64,000 nt of DNA from a virus. Taxonomy: Duplodnaviria > Caudoviricetes. This document shows positions 47,705 through 57,428 of this stretch, one piece after another; position 1 is the first letter of the stretch; every line of letters begins with the position of its first letter. The notes under the pieces were generated by a model. That model made no database searches and was not told the DNA's origin. It saw only the letters and a program-made list of their open reading frames with translations. Where the stretch lies: the IMG/VR virus record IMGVR_UViG_3300037634_007228, positions 19,138 to 83,137 of that record. One strand, 5' to 3'. Position numbers and translations under genes: made by a program.

Positions 47705-48372
47705 GGTTGCGCCTTCAAATCAGTTGTTGGTTTGTAGACCAATAATTTACCGTCGCATTTAATAATTTCATATCCTTGTCCGCATAGTTCAACCAAGTGC
47801 TGTATTTCTTCAATTGTGGGATAGGTTCCGCGACCGAAGTTATACGCATCATCAATAATAATGATATGGTCGGTTTTAGAATATTTTTCTATTACCGTCA
47901 GTTCTTCCTTGATATAAGACTCATAACCATCATGATCATCTAATAAAATAACCATTCGTTCGTTAGGGTTGTTTTTTAAAATCTCTCTAAGGTGCGTCGT
48001 GGCATCACCCAAAACAAAAGAGATTTTTTCATTTTCCTGATGCTTGTGTTTGCTTTTTTTATATCGACCTTCTGAAATTTCTGTTGTTATTACTTTTTCA
48101 AAAATATTAGCAAAATCGGCGGCGTTGTTGCCGTTGAAAGTTCCAGCTTCAAAAAATGTCTTGATGCCAACATAATCCAATTCTTCTCTGTACCTCTCCA
48201 ATAATTCGACAAACACTGGATTTCCGCGTGTTGGGAATCTAACTATTTTTTCTCCGGTCCACGACGATGTTCCATGATTTAAAAAAAATGTTATTTTTTC
48301 TTTAGTTCCCACTTTAATCTCCCTTCTGTAATCTATGGCTATCACTGTCAAAATGCTGGGTTGAAAATTCAA
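47701..48372 (-). CDS. Putative SAM-dependent methyltransferase
   Basis: TFFEAGTFNGNNA, VITTEI, LGDA, ILLDDH, IIIIDDA. Confidence 0.6.
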   Translation of the reverse strand: MNFQPSILTVIAIDYRREIKVGTKEKITFFLNHGTSSWTGEKIVRFPTRGNPVFVELLERYREELDYVGIKTFFEAGTFNGNNAADFANIFEKVITTEISEGRYKKSKHKHQENEKISFVLGDATTHLREILKNNPNERMVILLDDHDGYESYIKEELTVIEKYSKTDHIIIIDDAYNFGRGTYPTIEEIQHLVELCGQGYEIIKCDGKLLVYKPTTDLKAQP

Positions 48373-48673
48373 AGAGTTCTGTATCTTCTAGCGCAATCAT
48401 TTGATGTCTTAAGCCTCGGTAAATATGAAAATTATCACCCTTATGTAGAACCACCTCGCTCACATTCATTATATCATCTGCTTCGGAAAATTTAACTAAA
48501 AGCTTTCCAGATTGAACGTAAAACACCTCATCCTTAAGTTTATGATAATGCCACGAACATCGCTTGCCCTTCACAAAATAAAGAAGCTTACCACAATATT
48601 CTTCGCAGTTGACAATCCATTTTTCAAATCCCCACCCCTTGGGGACAAATTTAATCGGCAAAGTCGTCTTCAT
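48314..48673 (-). CDS. Cupin protein (mannose-6-phosphate isomerase type II-like)
   Basis: VPKGWGFEKWI, CSWHYHKLKDEVFYVQSG, RHQMIA, EFST. Probable start at 48673. Confidence 0.75.
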   Translation of the reverse strand: MKTTLPIKFVPKGWGFEKWIVNCEEYCGKLLYFVKGKRCSWHYHKLKDEVFYVQSGKLLVKFSEADDIMNVSEVVLHKGDNFHIYRGLRHQMIALEDTELFEFSTQHFDSDSHRLQKGD

Positions 48674-49781
48674 ATTTAATTCCTTCTTTGACTTGGTATT
48701 TAAAAAGTTTTCCATACTGCTCGCTGACCTTATTGATTATTTCTTGTCTTTCACAAATTGTTATATCATATCCTTGGTTTGCTAGCTCCACCGCGAACAA
48801 CAGTTGTTGAGATTCAACCAATAGGGTTGACTCTGGCTTATATGTGACACTACCGAGCCTTACTTTTGTCCCGATTGGGTTTTCTCCAGAAAAGTTCTCT
48901 AGTTGATATTTCAAATGCAATTTATTGCTGGCGTCTGATGCCTTACTAATAACCGCTTCGATATCTTTAGTGTTGGCATATATGGCGAGTGCCCTATTAT
49001 CACGAGGAAAACAAGGACCACCATAGCCATATCCGTATTTTAAGTATTTCTTTCCTATGCGGCTATCTGAACCAATCGCTGACAAAACTTTGGTAGGAAC
49101 ACCGCCAGCACGAAGTGTAATATCTCCTACCATGTTTGCAAAAGCTATTTTAGTGGTCAAAAAACAATTTAAAGACAGCTTGCAAATTTCTGCTTCTATC
49201 CTAGACATTCTGTGTATTTTTGGTTCATTGATAGTTTGTTTCACATATATGCTTTCAATTATATCGCCAGCAGCTTGAGAGCCTTCGCCTATGAGAACCA
49301 TGTCGGGATTTAATTGGTTATTAATTATCGTGCCTTGCGCGATGAACTCTGGATTATAGCTGACAGTGTAGTTGTGATTTTTTAATTTTTTTTGCACAGA
49401 ATCACAGTATCCCGGCATCGTTGTACACCCAACAATGAGATGTTTTGTACTAGAGGCGCGACCAAGTTTAATTAATTCGTCAGATACGTTCTCAATTTGT
49501 GAGTGGTCATACTCCCCATTACTAAGTGAAGGGGTGGCTACCAGCAAAAATAAAACGTTAGAATGCTCAACAGCCTCGCTTAAATTAGTTGTAGCACTAA
49601 ATTTTTCGCTCTCCGCAAGAAGCTTGTTAACTCCCGGCTCGTCAGAAATAAATGTTTTATAATTTAATGATTTTACATAATTCTCACCAATATCACAACC
49701 CAGTATATCATAACCAGCTTTTTCTAAAGTTAAAGCAAAACACAAGCCTAGCTTGCCCACACCAATTATTGAAACTTTCAC
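48651..49781 (-). CDS. ugd: UDP-glucose/GDP-mannose dehydrogenase family
   Basis: IIGVGKLGL, VATP, YNPEFIAQG, AEICKL..NCFL, DSRIG, GYGYGGPCFPRD (catalytic Cys). Probable GTG start at 49781 after GGAGG. Confidence 0.88.
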   Translation of the reverse strand: MKVSIIGVGKLGLCFALTLEKAGYDILGCDIGENYVKSLNYKTFISDEPGVNKLLAESEKFSATTNLSEAVEHSNVLFLLVATPSLSNGEYDHSQIENVSDELIKLGRASSTKHLIVGCTTMPGYCDSVQKKLKNHNYTVSYNPEFIAQGTIINNQLNPDMVLIGEGSQAAGDIIESIYVKQTINEPKIHRMSRIEAEICKLSLNCFLTTKIAFANMVGDITLRAGGVPTKVLSAIGSDSRIGKKYLKYGYGYGGPCFPRDNRALAIYANTKDIEAVISKASDASNKLHLKYQLENFSGENPIGTKVRLGSVTYKPESTLLVESQQLLFAVELANQGYDITICERQEIINKVSEQYGKLFKYQVKEGIKYEDDFAD

Positions 49782-49782
49782 C

Positions 49783-50661
49783 TTACCTCCACCAGCGCCT
49801 ATCATATTTTAGATCTTCTAGATTATATCCATTAGCCTCAACCAAAAATTTTTCTAGATCTGGACCGCTATAGCGGATTTGACCGTCGCTATCGCGAACA
49901 GAACCAATGTGAACCCTGTCATTATCTATTATATCTATGTTTAAATCATTGTCTAACAAGTATAATAGTAGTCGATATTCTGAATTATAGCCGCCGCCAG
50001 CGAAATTATTAGTTGAAATATGTGAATATTTTTTTTCATACCACGCTTTCCCCAATTTCTCTGCAATGGCGAGCTTGCTTTTGGCTGTATAATATATATC
50101 TGAATCATAAAAATTAGAATATACTCTCATCGCTTTTTTTGAGCCAAATGCAAATCGGTCATTAATACCACCGAAAGGAGCGTTAAATGGAACATAAACC
50201 GTGTTTTCATCATATGAGGACCAATCAAAATTCATTTTTCCGGCAGGAAAAAGGTCGCAACGTAATCTAACATATAGGTCATATTCTTTTTCTTGAGACA
50301 ATACAAAGTCAAACACTTTTTTTACACTGTGCCATTGAAGAACCTGTTCTTTGTACGGCATATGATAATTGCAGATAAGGAAATTAAACTTTTGCATTCT
50401 TGCCTCAAGACCTTCGGTTTCATCTTCAAAAAGACAAATGAATTCTGGTTTTTCTTTCTTCACCTTCAAACCTTGTGGTTCTTCTTGACCCTTAACAATG
50501 TCTTTTTGATGTATAGTGGCTCCGCAAGGGTCGGCATACAGATAATAATCAATTTCATAATGACTTTGGCTAAACAGAACGTCCTTGACGTGGTCTAGAT
50601 TGTTTAATAAGCCTCTAACCGCGCCTGAATAACAAAGTGCTACTTTTATTTTATTCTTCAT
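49783..50661 (-). CDS. Putative glycosyltransferase-like protein
   Basis: VALCYSGAVR, YDLYVRLRCDL, GGINDRFAFG pattern, which I associate with viral GT-like proteins. Confidence 0.55.
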   Translation of the reverse strand: MKNKIKVALCYSGAVRGLLNNLDHVKDVLFSQSHYEIDYYLYADPCGATIHQKDIVKGQEEPQGLKVKKEKPEFICLFEDETEGLEARMQKFNFLICNYHMPYKEQVLQWHSVKKVFDFVLSQEKEYDLYVRLRCDLFPAGKMNFDWSSYDENTVYVPFNAPFGGINDRFAFGSKKAMRVYSNFYDSDIYYTAKSKLAIAEKLGKAWYEKKYSHISTNNFAGGGYNSEYRLLLYLLDNDLNIDIIDNDRVHIGSVRDSDGQIRYSGPDLEKFLVEANGYNLEDLKYDRRWWR

Positions 50662-51407
50662 ATTGATTCCCCTTTTAAAATGCGATTAACACGTTCATTT
50701 GTAGAAGAAAATACCAAGCTATCTTCCCAAAGAGATTGCCCTTGTGAAAATAAAAATTTATAATTAATTTCTTCCATAAATGATTTTAGATGTGGACCGA
50801 GTGGGTCAAAATCTTGAGTTAAAATATCAACAGAAATAAACCGAGGTCTTATTAAAGCAAAATCAAAAGATTTTAAAATGTCTAGGCTTTTACCTTCTGT
50901 GTCTAAGTGTAAAATATCTATCATTCTTGCTTCGTTTTCTTTTAAAACGTTTGTTAGGGTATCTGTGTTAACAAGTATTGTTTCTCCCGAAAAAAACTGT
51001 TTTGCCCATTCATGTTCACTTTCCGATTTTAAAATCGTGCCATGACCCGAATGCTTGTGTTTACCCACAAAAAACACAACGCCCTCTTTTTTTTCGGGGG
51101 CGACGGCTAAATTTAAGCACTTAACATCTGGAAGGTGCGAATAGAGATTCCGCATTTTATCAAATAGAACTGGATGTGGTTCTACCATTATAGCGGACCA
51201 GCCTTTATCTATAAACGGCAGAGAGTGAGATATTGTAACGCCATCATTTGCCCCAATGTCAATAAAAAGCCCGGTGTCTTGTTCGGCGTATATGTTATTA
51301 TAGAGATAGTCGTGTACCCTTAATTCATCTACGTCGTAGTTTCCCTTATATCTGCTGTCCCAACTTTGAAACTCTTTGTATTTTTGCATTTGGGTTACTC
51401 TATTCAT
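50658..51407 (-). CDS. FkbM-family methyltransferase
   Basis: FIDIGANDGVTISHS, W..IMVEP, LNLAV, IDILHLDTEG, PRFISVD. Confidence 0.85.
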   Translation of the reverse strand: MNRVTQMQKYKEFQSWDSRYKGNYDVDELRVHDYLYNNIYAEQDTGLFIDIGANDGVTISHSLPFIDKGWSAIMVEPHPVLFDKMRNLYSHLPDVKCLNLAVAPEKKEGVVFFVGKHKHSGHGTILKSESEHEWAKQFFSGETILVNTDTLTNVLKENEARMIDILHLDTEGKSLDILKSFDFALIRPRFISVDILTQDFDPLGPHLKSFMEEINYKFLFSQGQSLWEDSLVFSSTNERVNRILKGESI

Positions 51408-52182
51408 TAATTTGTTTTATTTCCTCTTTTGAGAGTGCGGAAGTGCCAAACTTGGTAACAGAATATGACGCAAACTTATTAGCTATAAATATAGAGTCTT
51501 CGACGTTTAAAGTTTTAAGAAAAAAGTAGCTAAACGCTGACAGAAAAACGTCGCCAGCACCACAAATATCATATACTTCCACTTTTTTTGTTGGAAAAAA
51601 AACATTCGTATTTGAAAGCATCGCTCCAGCCTCACCTAAAGTGACAATGCAGATGGAAGACTGATCTAAATTATAACTGCTTTCATACTCACCCTTATTA
51701 AGCTTTAAGTAGCAATTTTTAAAGGGCGATAAGTCTTGTTTTTTTGTATCAACAAAAATATGTTTGCCGGTGAATAACTCAACAAGCTTGCTGCATACCT
51801 TCTCTGGTAAAAAGCCCTTATTGTAATCGCTAATGATTAGTGCGTCATATTCTAGAGGGTTTATGTTTTCAACTCTTAGCGGCTCAATAGGTGTGTATCC
51901 CCCCTCATCAACACGCAACAAGTGACTGTTGCTTTTTTTATCTATATATCTATGTTTAACGAGTGCTTCTGAGTTTGTTTTGTAATCAACACAAACTCCA
52001 AACGCCTCTAGATTTTTTTTAACATTTCCAGCCATCCCAAGGTGAACAAGGGTATCAGATACCTCCAATATTGGTACTGGGGCTTCTGGGCTTAATCTCT
52101 CACAACAACCAAAATGATAAACGTCGGAGCAACTATCGCCCACCAGTAAGACTTTGTATTGTTTTTGTGGTTGAATATCCAT
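51400..52182 (-). CDS. rfaE1: D-glycero-beta-D-manno-heptose-7-phosphate kinase (HldE/RfaE domain I)
   Basis: LLVGDS..D.Y, RLSPEAPVP, GMAGNV, LLRVD, IISDYNKG, VTLGEAG, YDICGAGDVF. Confidence 0.85.
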   Translation of the reverse strand: MDIQPQKQYKVLLVGDSCSDVYHFGCCERLSPEAPVPILEVSDTLVHLGMAGNVKKNLEAFGVCVDYKTNSEALVKHRYIDKKSNSHLLRVDEGGYTPIEPLRVENINPLEYDALIISDYNKGFLPEKVCSKLVELFTGKHIFVDTKKQDLSPFKNCYLKLNKGEYESSYNLDQSSICIVTLGEAGAMLSNTNVFFPTKKVEVYDICGAGDVFLSAFSYFFLKTLNVEDSIFIANKFASYSVTKFGTSALSKEEIKQINE

Positions 52183-52534
52183 CTACAGTTTGAAATATAA
52201 GAACCGTTGCTAAGTCTGATCCCACAACGGGTTTGGCTTCATAATCGCCGCCCTTAACTATTATATCAGGACTTGTTTCTTTTATTAAGCTAGCTGGTGT
52301 ATCCTCATCAAAAATTATGACTTTATCAACGTATCTTAAAGACTCAAGAAGAAATTTTCTATCCTCTTGATTGTTGATTGGTCTGTTTTTACCTTTTATA
52401 CCGCGAACGCTTTTATCACTATTTAAACCAATAACCACTTTGCCGCCAAGTGAACGACAATATTTTAACAACTCTAAATGTCCGCGATGGATAATATCAA
52501 AACAACCGTTTGTGAATACTGTTCTTTGTTTCAT
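52133..52534 (-). CDS. rfaE2: Heptose-1-phosphate adenylyltransferase (HldE/RfaE domain II)
   Basis: VFTNGCFDIIHRGH, GLNSDKSV..IKG..RPIN, KGGDY, GYSTT. Confidence 0.9.
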   Translation of the reverse strand: MKQRTVFTNGCFDIIHRGHLELLKYCRSLGGKVVIGLNSDKSVRGIKGKNRPINNQEDRKFLLESLRYVDKVIIFDEDTPASLIKETSPDIIVKGGDYEAKPVVGSDLATVLIFQTVDGYSTTKTIQSLTGGR

Positions 52535-53399
52535 ATAACACCTTTTTAATTCCCCTCTCTAGGGTCAGTCTCTTCCCGTAAGATATCACAGCATCAATTT
52601 TAGAGTTGTCGCTGCAAGTATAATGTTGATATTTCCCCTCAAGTCGCGGTGGAAATGGTATTTTTCGTATTGTAGAACTTGTGTATCGCGATATTATGTC
52701 TGCCACCTCCGTGAACGATTTAGCTTCACCCGTGCCAACATTATATATTCCAGACTTCTTTATTTTTGAAATCTCATAGGTAATTTTCACAACATCATCA
52801 ACGTGTATGAAATCACGAAAAAATTTTTCACTGCCAGCAAATACTTTAATCGCACCCGTGTCCGTCGCTTGTTGTAGGAATTTGTATATGGGACTAGACA
52901 TATTTCCCTTGTGTCCCTCGTCGCTACCATAAACATTAAAATACCTTAAACCAAAAACACGAGAATGTGGATTATCTTGTATTTTCTGTAACACCATCAT
53001 ATCAAAAGCGGCTTTACTTATCGCATAATAATTCATTGGTTTTAGACCGACTGTTTCTGAAAAACCCTCTGCGCCCATGCCATAAACAGACGCAGATGAC
53101 GCATAGACCAATGGAATATCTTTTTCAATACAGTATTCTAAAATCTTGCAACTAAACAAAATGTTATTTTCTGATATGTGTTCTGTGTTGGTTTCTGTTG
53201 TCGAAGAAACCGCGCCAAGGTGAAAAATACAAGAGGGGGTTTTGGTCTCAATTAATTTAAAAAATTGAGTCGGCAGCAGCATAGAATCATCATTTATGTC
53301 GCAACAAACAACATCATAACCTCTATTTTTCAAAAAATCAAATAATCTAGAGCCTATAAAACCATTAGCCCCAGTTATGCACACCAGCTTTGCTTTCAT
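52497..53399 (-). CDS. hldD: ADP-L-glycero-D-manno-heptose 6-epimerase
   Basis: ITGANGFIGS, FHLGAVSSTTE, YASSASVYG, PMNYYAISK, GLRYFNVYG..EGHKGNMSS, RDFIHVDDV, GKYQ.YT. Probable start at 53399. Confidence 0.87.
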   Translation of the reverse strand: MKAKLVCITGANGFIGSRLFDFLKNRGYDVVCCDINDDSMLLPTQFFKLIETKTPSCIFHLGAVSSTTETNTEHISENNILFSCKILEYCIEKDIPLVYASSASVYGMGAEGFSETVGLKPMNYYAISKAAFDMMVLQKIQDNPHSRVFGLRYFNVYGSDEGHKGNMSSPIYKFLQQATDTGAIKVFAGSEKFFRDFIHVDDVVKITYEISKIKKSGIYNVGTGEAKSFTEVADIISRYTSSTIRKIPFPPRLEGKYQHYTCSDNSKIDAVISYGKRLTLERGIKKVLYETKNSIHKRLF

Positions 53400-53410
53400 C
53401 GGGTAGTACC

Positions 53411-54190
53411 TCAACAAATATACTTATACGGTTTTTTGGCTAGTGTTTTAACCCAACCAAAATTTTCTTCCTCGGAGCGGTGGGGTGTATTTCGCGAATA
53501 AAGAGTGGGCACACATTGTAAGTCAATTTTTTCAAAAAAATAAAAAGTGGCAGTTTCAACGGAGTCAATTTTTTTAGCACGTTCTAATATGCCGATCCAA
53601 TCAAATAAATCATAGCCCTTTATGATGTCCATTTCGATTCTTTTTAAAAAAGGCAGTGTCTCTATTCTCTTTTTCAAAATTTCATTCCAGCGAGGGGGAG
53701 TTCCGAATCTCTGATTTACTATATGTAAATCGTCATCGGGTCCAATGCCCAACAAGGCTTCTAGTTGGCGCTCTTTCTTTAAATTCCTCCTAATGGAAAA
53801 AAAATCTTGCCAATCGTTATGTTCTAGACCACACATTCCAAACTTTCCCAGCATATTACGGGCATCATGTGTTAACTGTTGTTGCATTTGTTGACTCCAC
53901 AAAGAATAAGAGGCTCGCCGTAAAGGAACGTATAAAAAATCGCCCAAATCAGTAACATCCGATATTTGAGTAGTGGCTAAAAGATCATAACTTTTTTTAT
54001 AATCAAAATCGTCCAGAACGCAAGGAAACTCAATACCCTCTGTTACTATGATATTATTTTTAAGATTCTGGTAGATCGGCTCGACAGCCCAAATGACTCT
54101 GTGACCTTGTTCTACATAATGGTGCGCCACCTTTATCCCCAATAGAATATCGCCCAGCCCGCAGCTTTGTTCAATTATGCAAACACTCAT
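53411..54190 (-). CDS. Putative GT-B glycosyltransferase (GT9-like N-terminal GLGD motif)
   Basis: IIEQSCGLGDILL...GHRVIW; later LFDWIGILERAKKI..VET. Lies directly upstream of hldD. Confidence 0.5.
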   Translation of the reverse strand: MSVCIIEQSCGLGDILLGIKVAHHYVEQGHRVIWAVEPIYQNLKNNIIVTEGIEFPCVLDDFDYKKSYDLLATTQISDVTDLGDFLYVPLRRASYSLWSQQMQQQLTHDARNMLGKFGMCGLEHNDWQDFFSIRRNLKKERQLEALLGIGPDDDLHIVNQRFGTPPRWNEILKKRIETLPFLKRIEMDIIKGYDLFDWIGILERAKKIDSVETATFYFFEKIDLQCVPTLYSRNTPHRSEEENFGWVKTLAKKPYKYIC

Positions 54191-54204
54191 TTTTTATTCC
54201 TATT

Positions 54205-55092
54205 TTAATGCTCGGCGATCTGTTTCTTAAGAAAGCTAAAAATGTTATACTTGGCATAATAATCCCTTTTCGCTTCTAAAACATAAGGGAGCCTCTTCTC
54301 ATAATCATCGTTGTAATATATGTCCTTAACCTGCTCGACCGTTTTTTCAATAGGACCACTAAAGTCTAACTGAAAAAATGACTCTGGATCATAAAGTTCA
54401 TCCACATTCGGGCAACCATGATAAAGAGGAACCGTGTTACATACCACCAAATCAAAAAACTTTTCAGTCAGATAATTCTTCTGACTACAGTTCTCAATGC
54501 CAATTGAATATTGGTAATTTCTGAGGGCGTCTGATTTGTTATACGGTGCGCCCTTGTATCTAAAATCGTTTACTTGCCAGTTTCTACCATAAAAATCAAT
54601 GTCTAGATCGGTATTCAAAAGAGCCTTGAATAAGCCAACCCTCTCTTTATACAAAGGCTTGGGTCCGAAATTAGAAACAACAATACTCATTCTCCGAAAC
54701 TTTGGAACGCTGTTCATCTCTCCCAAATAAAATTTGTGATGTTCGGTTGATTGAGTAAACATAAACAACGGATGTTCCACAACATTATCAGCGGCGGGAT
54801 ACATGGTCTTTTCTTGTGCCACTACAAGGTTACAATAATCCGGCAAATCTCGTTGCCAGTTGCTGGACCAAGAGGGTTCTAACAAAAATCCGAAAGTCTT
54901 TTCTTTTGATTTATAATATTTTTTGTCTTGAGGTCTAAAGCCGCCGAGGACTATCAAATATTCATAATCTGTTTCTGATAGCTCAAAGGAATCAAAATTG
55001 GGAAAATTGCGGAATGTTCGGACTCCTACATTTTGATCGTAAGCCTCATCCCAGTTTGCTATAACCCAGATTTTTGTTTTTTCCGTCATCAA
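54205..55092 (-). CDS. GT10 (alpha-1,3-fucosyltransferase family) glycosyltransferase
   Basis: SIVVSN, IDFYGR, K..AL..YQYSIGIEN...NYLTEKFFD, VPLYHG.PN. Confidence 0.78.
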   Translation of the reverse strand: MMTEKTKIWVIANWDEAYDQNVGVRTFRNFPNFDSFELSETDYEYLIVLGGFRPQDKKYYKSKEKTFGFLLEPSWSSNWQRDLPDYCNLVVAQEKTMYPAADNVVEHPLFMFTQSTEHHKFYLGEMNSVPKFRRMSIVVSNFGPKPLYKERVGLFKALLNTDLDIDFYGRNWQVNDFRYKGAPYNKSDALRNYQYSIGIENCSQKNYLTEKFFDLVVCNTVPLYHGCPNVDELYDPESFFQLDFSGPIEKTVEQVKDIYYNDDYEKRLPYVLEAKRDYYAKYNIFSFLKKQIAEH

Positions 55093-55781
55093 TAACTCTC
55101 TCTTAGACTCGATTTAAGATGGTTAAGTTTGCCGTTCCTTGTTGCCGACACGCTGCCGTGTTCTGTAATCGCCTTTGCCCAGTAAACATCAAAACCCAAA
55201 GCTTTAAACCTCTCATTAAAGTGCCAATCTAGGGCATTTTCGATCTTGTAAATGCCCAGATCCATATACAATTTTTTTGCTGCTGAGACTCTATATAAGA
55301 CCGTACACAGCCCGTTGGTTGCCGGGTGTGCCTTCCGATAGAAAACGTCGTTGTGGTCGCCCACACGGAGGGCTGCTTCGCCCATAAAGATGCAATCGAA
55401 GTCGATGTTTTCCGCTTCGCATCTGTGTAACAAGTGGTTAATATAATCAAGGGGAGATTCTTTAAAAATAACGTCATCTTCCAATACCAAAACATACTCA
55501 TCATCTTCCATAGTGGAAATGGCTTCTAATATTTTTTTGTATTTCAGGCACAGGGATATTTCTCCATTACTTGGCTTTCTTCCTGTGTTTTGTTTAAATC
55601 GTTCGACATTAACTGCTCGCATAATATCGAAATCTGTCATGGTTTCTTGATCCGACTCCTCTTCAAAATGAACAAAGATGTGATCCAAACCCCATTTCTT
55701 TATTTCCCTCTGCATGTGGAGTTTACGAGCTTTGAGTTTGGTATAGTGAATGATAAAAATTTTACTCAGATAATTTTTCAC
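55089..55781 (-). CDS. GT25-family glycosyltransferase
   Basis: IFIIHY..L..RK..M, GEISLCLK, VLVLEDD, ALDW. Confidence 0.72.
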   Translation of the reverse strand: MKNYLSKIFIIHYTKLKARKLHMQREIKKWGLDHIFVHFEEESDQETMTDFDIMRAVNVERFKQNTGRKPSNGEISLCLKYKKILEAISTMEDDEYVLVLEDDVIFKESPLDYINHLLHRCEAENIDFDCIFMGEAALRVGDHNDVFYRKAHPATNGLCTVLYRVSAAKKLYMDLGIYKIENALDWHFNERFKALGFDVYWAKAITEHGSVSATRNGKLNHLKSSLRESY

Positions 55782-56568
55782 CTATCTTCTTCTCCCACCA
55801 GCTTCTCTTTAGTTTATCCAAGTCGAATTTACCGTTTACAACTCGGTCTTCATAGAATTGTTTTAATTTAGTGTAACATAGCTCGGACCAATCGTTAACA
55901 AAATAGATGGGCAAATCACCAAAATCATCCATATGAATACTGTGTTTCACAATGGGTACAGTCCTAAGATATAAAGCCTCCCACGTCCTATGGCAATCTA
56001 CCCCATTACCACGGGGAGATATGACAAATTTGTGAGAAGCTAAATCGAAATAAAACTTGTGAGCCGAAAGACTTGAAGTGGGTTTAACCCAGCTTTCATT
56101 TTCAAATTTTTTCCAGACAAAAGATCGTATCTGAGGATAGGTGTTTATATTAAAATTCATATAAACGTCCCCTGTTTTTTTTAGGTCTAAAAAGTTGATC
56201 TTATCAAGCAGAACGGCTTTTTGTAGGGCAAGCGGAACCTGCGATGAAAACCTACCACGGCGGGCTTGTTGGTCCTCTCGCAGTGTCATATTTTCCAAAC
56301 CAATAGGAAGCGAATGAACCCTATCGTGCGCTACTTCCTTATTTTGAGCAAACCAACAACCGCACTCTGGTCCCTCGTTTAGTCTTTGCAGGTTTATGGG
56401 ATGATCACTATTATGAGTTATAAACACCTTGTGATATGAATCTGCAAATTCGGATAGATAATCTGTTTTACAAAAGGTAGCACCGGTTTTATTACACATG
56501 TCAATGAATCGATTTCCGGTAATGTATTCATCAAACCCGATGTGGCAATCTAAAAAACTCTCCATCAC
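55762..56568 (-). CDS. Exostosin (GT47)-like glycosyltransferase
   Basis: LPIGL, VYMNF..NT, HKFVISPRGNGVDCHRTWEALYL..VPIV. Confidence 0.7.
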   Translation of the reverse strand: MMESFLDCHIGFDEYITGNRFIDMCNKTGATFCKTDYLSEFADSYHKVFITHNSDHPINLQRLNEGPECGCWFAQNKEVAHDRVHSLPIGLENMTLREDQQARRGRFSSQVPLALQKAVLLDKINFLDLKKTGDVYMNFNINTYPQIRSFVWKKFENESWVKPTSSLSAHKFYFDLASHKFVISPRGNGVDCHRTWEALYLRTVPIVKHSIHMDDFGDLPIYFVNDWSELCYTKLKQFYEDRVVNGKFDLDKLKRSWWEKKIGEKLSE

Positions 56569-57404
56569 ATTAACTCCACAAACCTCTCTTTGTATTTTAT
56601 AAATTTTTCTACTTGTTTTTGATCAAAAACGCCACTCATGATTTTTACAGTGTCTTCCCAAACCTTGCCGACATATGGGTCACGATGTAAATGAACATCT
56701 ATCAGTTTTGTCATCATACAGGTATCAAAAGTTTGTTGCCAAGCACTACGACAAATTCTACCATTCCTTGTTCCCCACATCGTACCGCCGCGCTCAAACA
56801 TCTGGCAGCGTTGCGGATAATATTTACTATTAAAAACATTTTTAGTTAATAACCATTCATCTAAGTTCCAACCAGTCTTCCAATCTGCCGATGGTGAAAG
56901 ATTTTTATCTAAACACTCTATAAGATTTTCTCTTATAGGGGCGCTCTTGATTCCCATTATTTCTTTCCAGACACTGGCTTTCATACCGATGTTTCCAATT
57001 TTTAGTCGAGTATAATTTAATTCATCTGGGTCATAAATATGAATATCTTTTGATATGTTCTGTTGATTAAACCACATATAATCTATAACAAACCTGTCCA
57101 TGTCATCCGTCAATAAATAATCTTCGTCTGTAAAATAAGAATCAGCGGCGGCGAATAAGCGAGATACCTGTGCCACGTTACAAGTTCGATAGCCCTTGAT
57201 TCCTTCTAAGGTTTTTATATATCCTCCGACTCTTTTGGTTTCCTCAAATACTAAATCTCTAATTTCAGGAGATATTCCCTCATCAACAAGAATCACAAAT
57301 GGTTGATAATCGATATTCAACCAGAATGCACATGTTAACGGAACAAAGAATAAATAATCGGGATTCGAATCTACCGACAATACAGCGTGTTTGTTTTTTA
57401 TCAT
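56565..57404 (-). CDS. Putative GT-A glycosyltransferase
   Basis: SNPDYLFFVP, AQVSRLFAA, YLLTDDMD (DxD). Embedded in the GT array. Confidence 0.5.
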   Translation of the reverse strand: MIKNKHAVLSVDSNPDYLFFVPLTCAFWLNIDYQPFVILVDEGISPEIRDLVFEETKRVGGYIKTLEGIKGYRTCNVAQVSRLFAAADSYFTDEDYLLTDDMDRFVIDYMWFNQQNISKDIHIYDPDELNYTRLKIGNIGMKASVWKEIMGIKSAPIRENLIECLDKNLSPSADWKTGWNLDEWLLTKNVFNSKYYPQRCQMFERGGTMWGTRNGRICRSAWQQTFDTCMMTKLIDVHLHRDPYVGKVWEDTVKIMSGVFDQKQVEKFIKYKERFVELM

Positions 57405-57428
57405 ATTCTTATACCCCTGTTGATGAGC

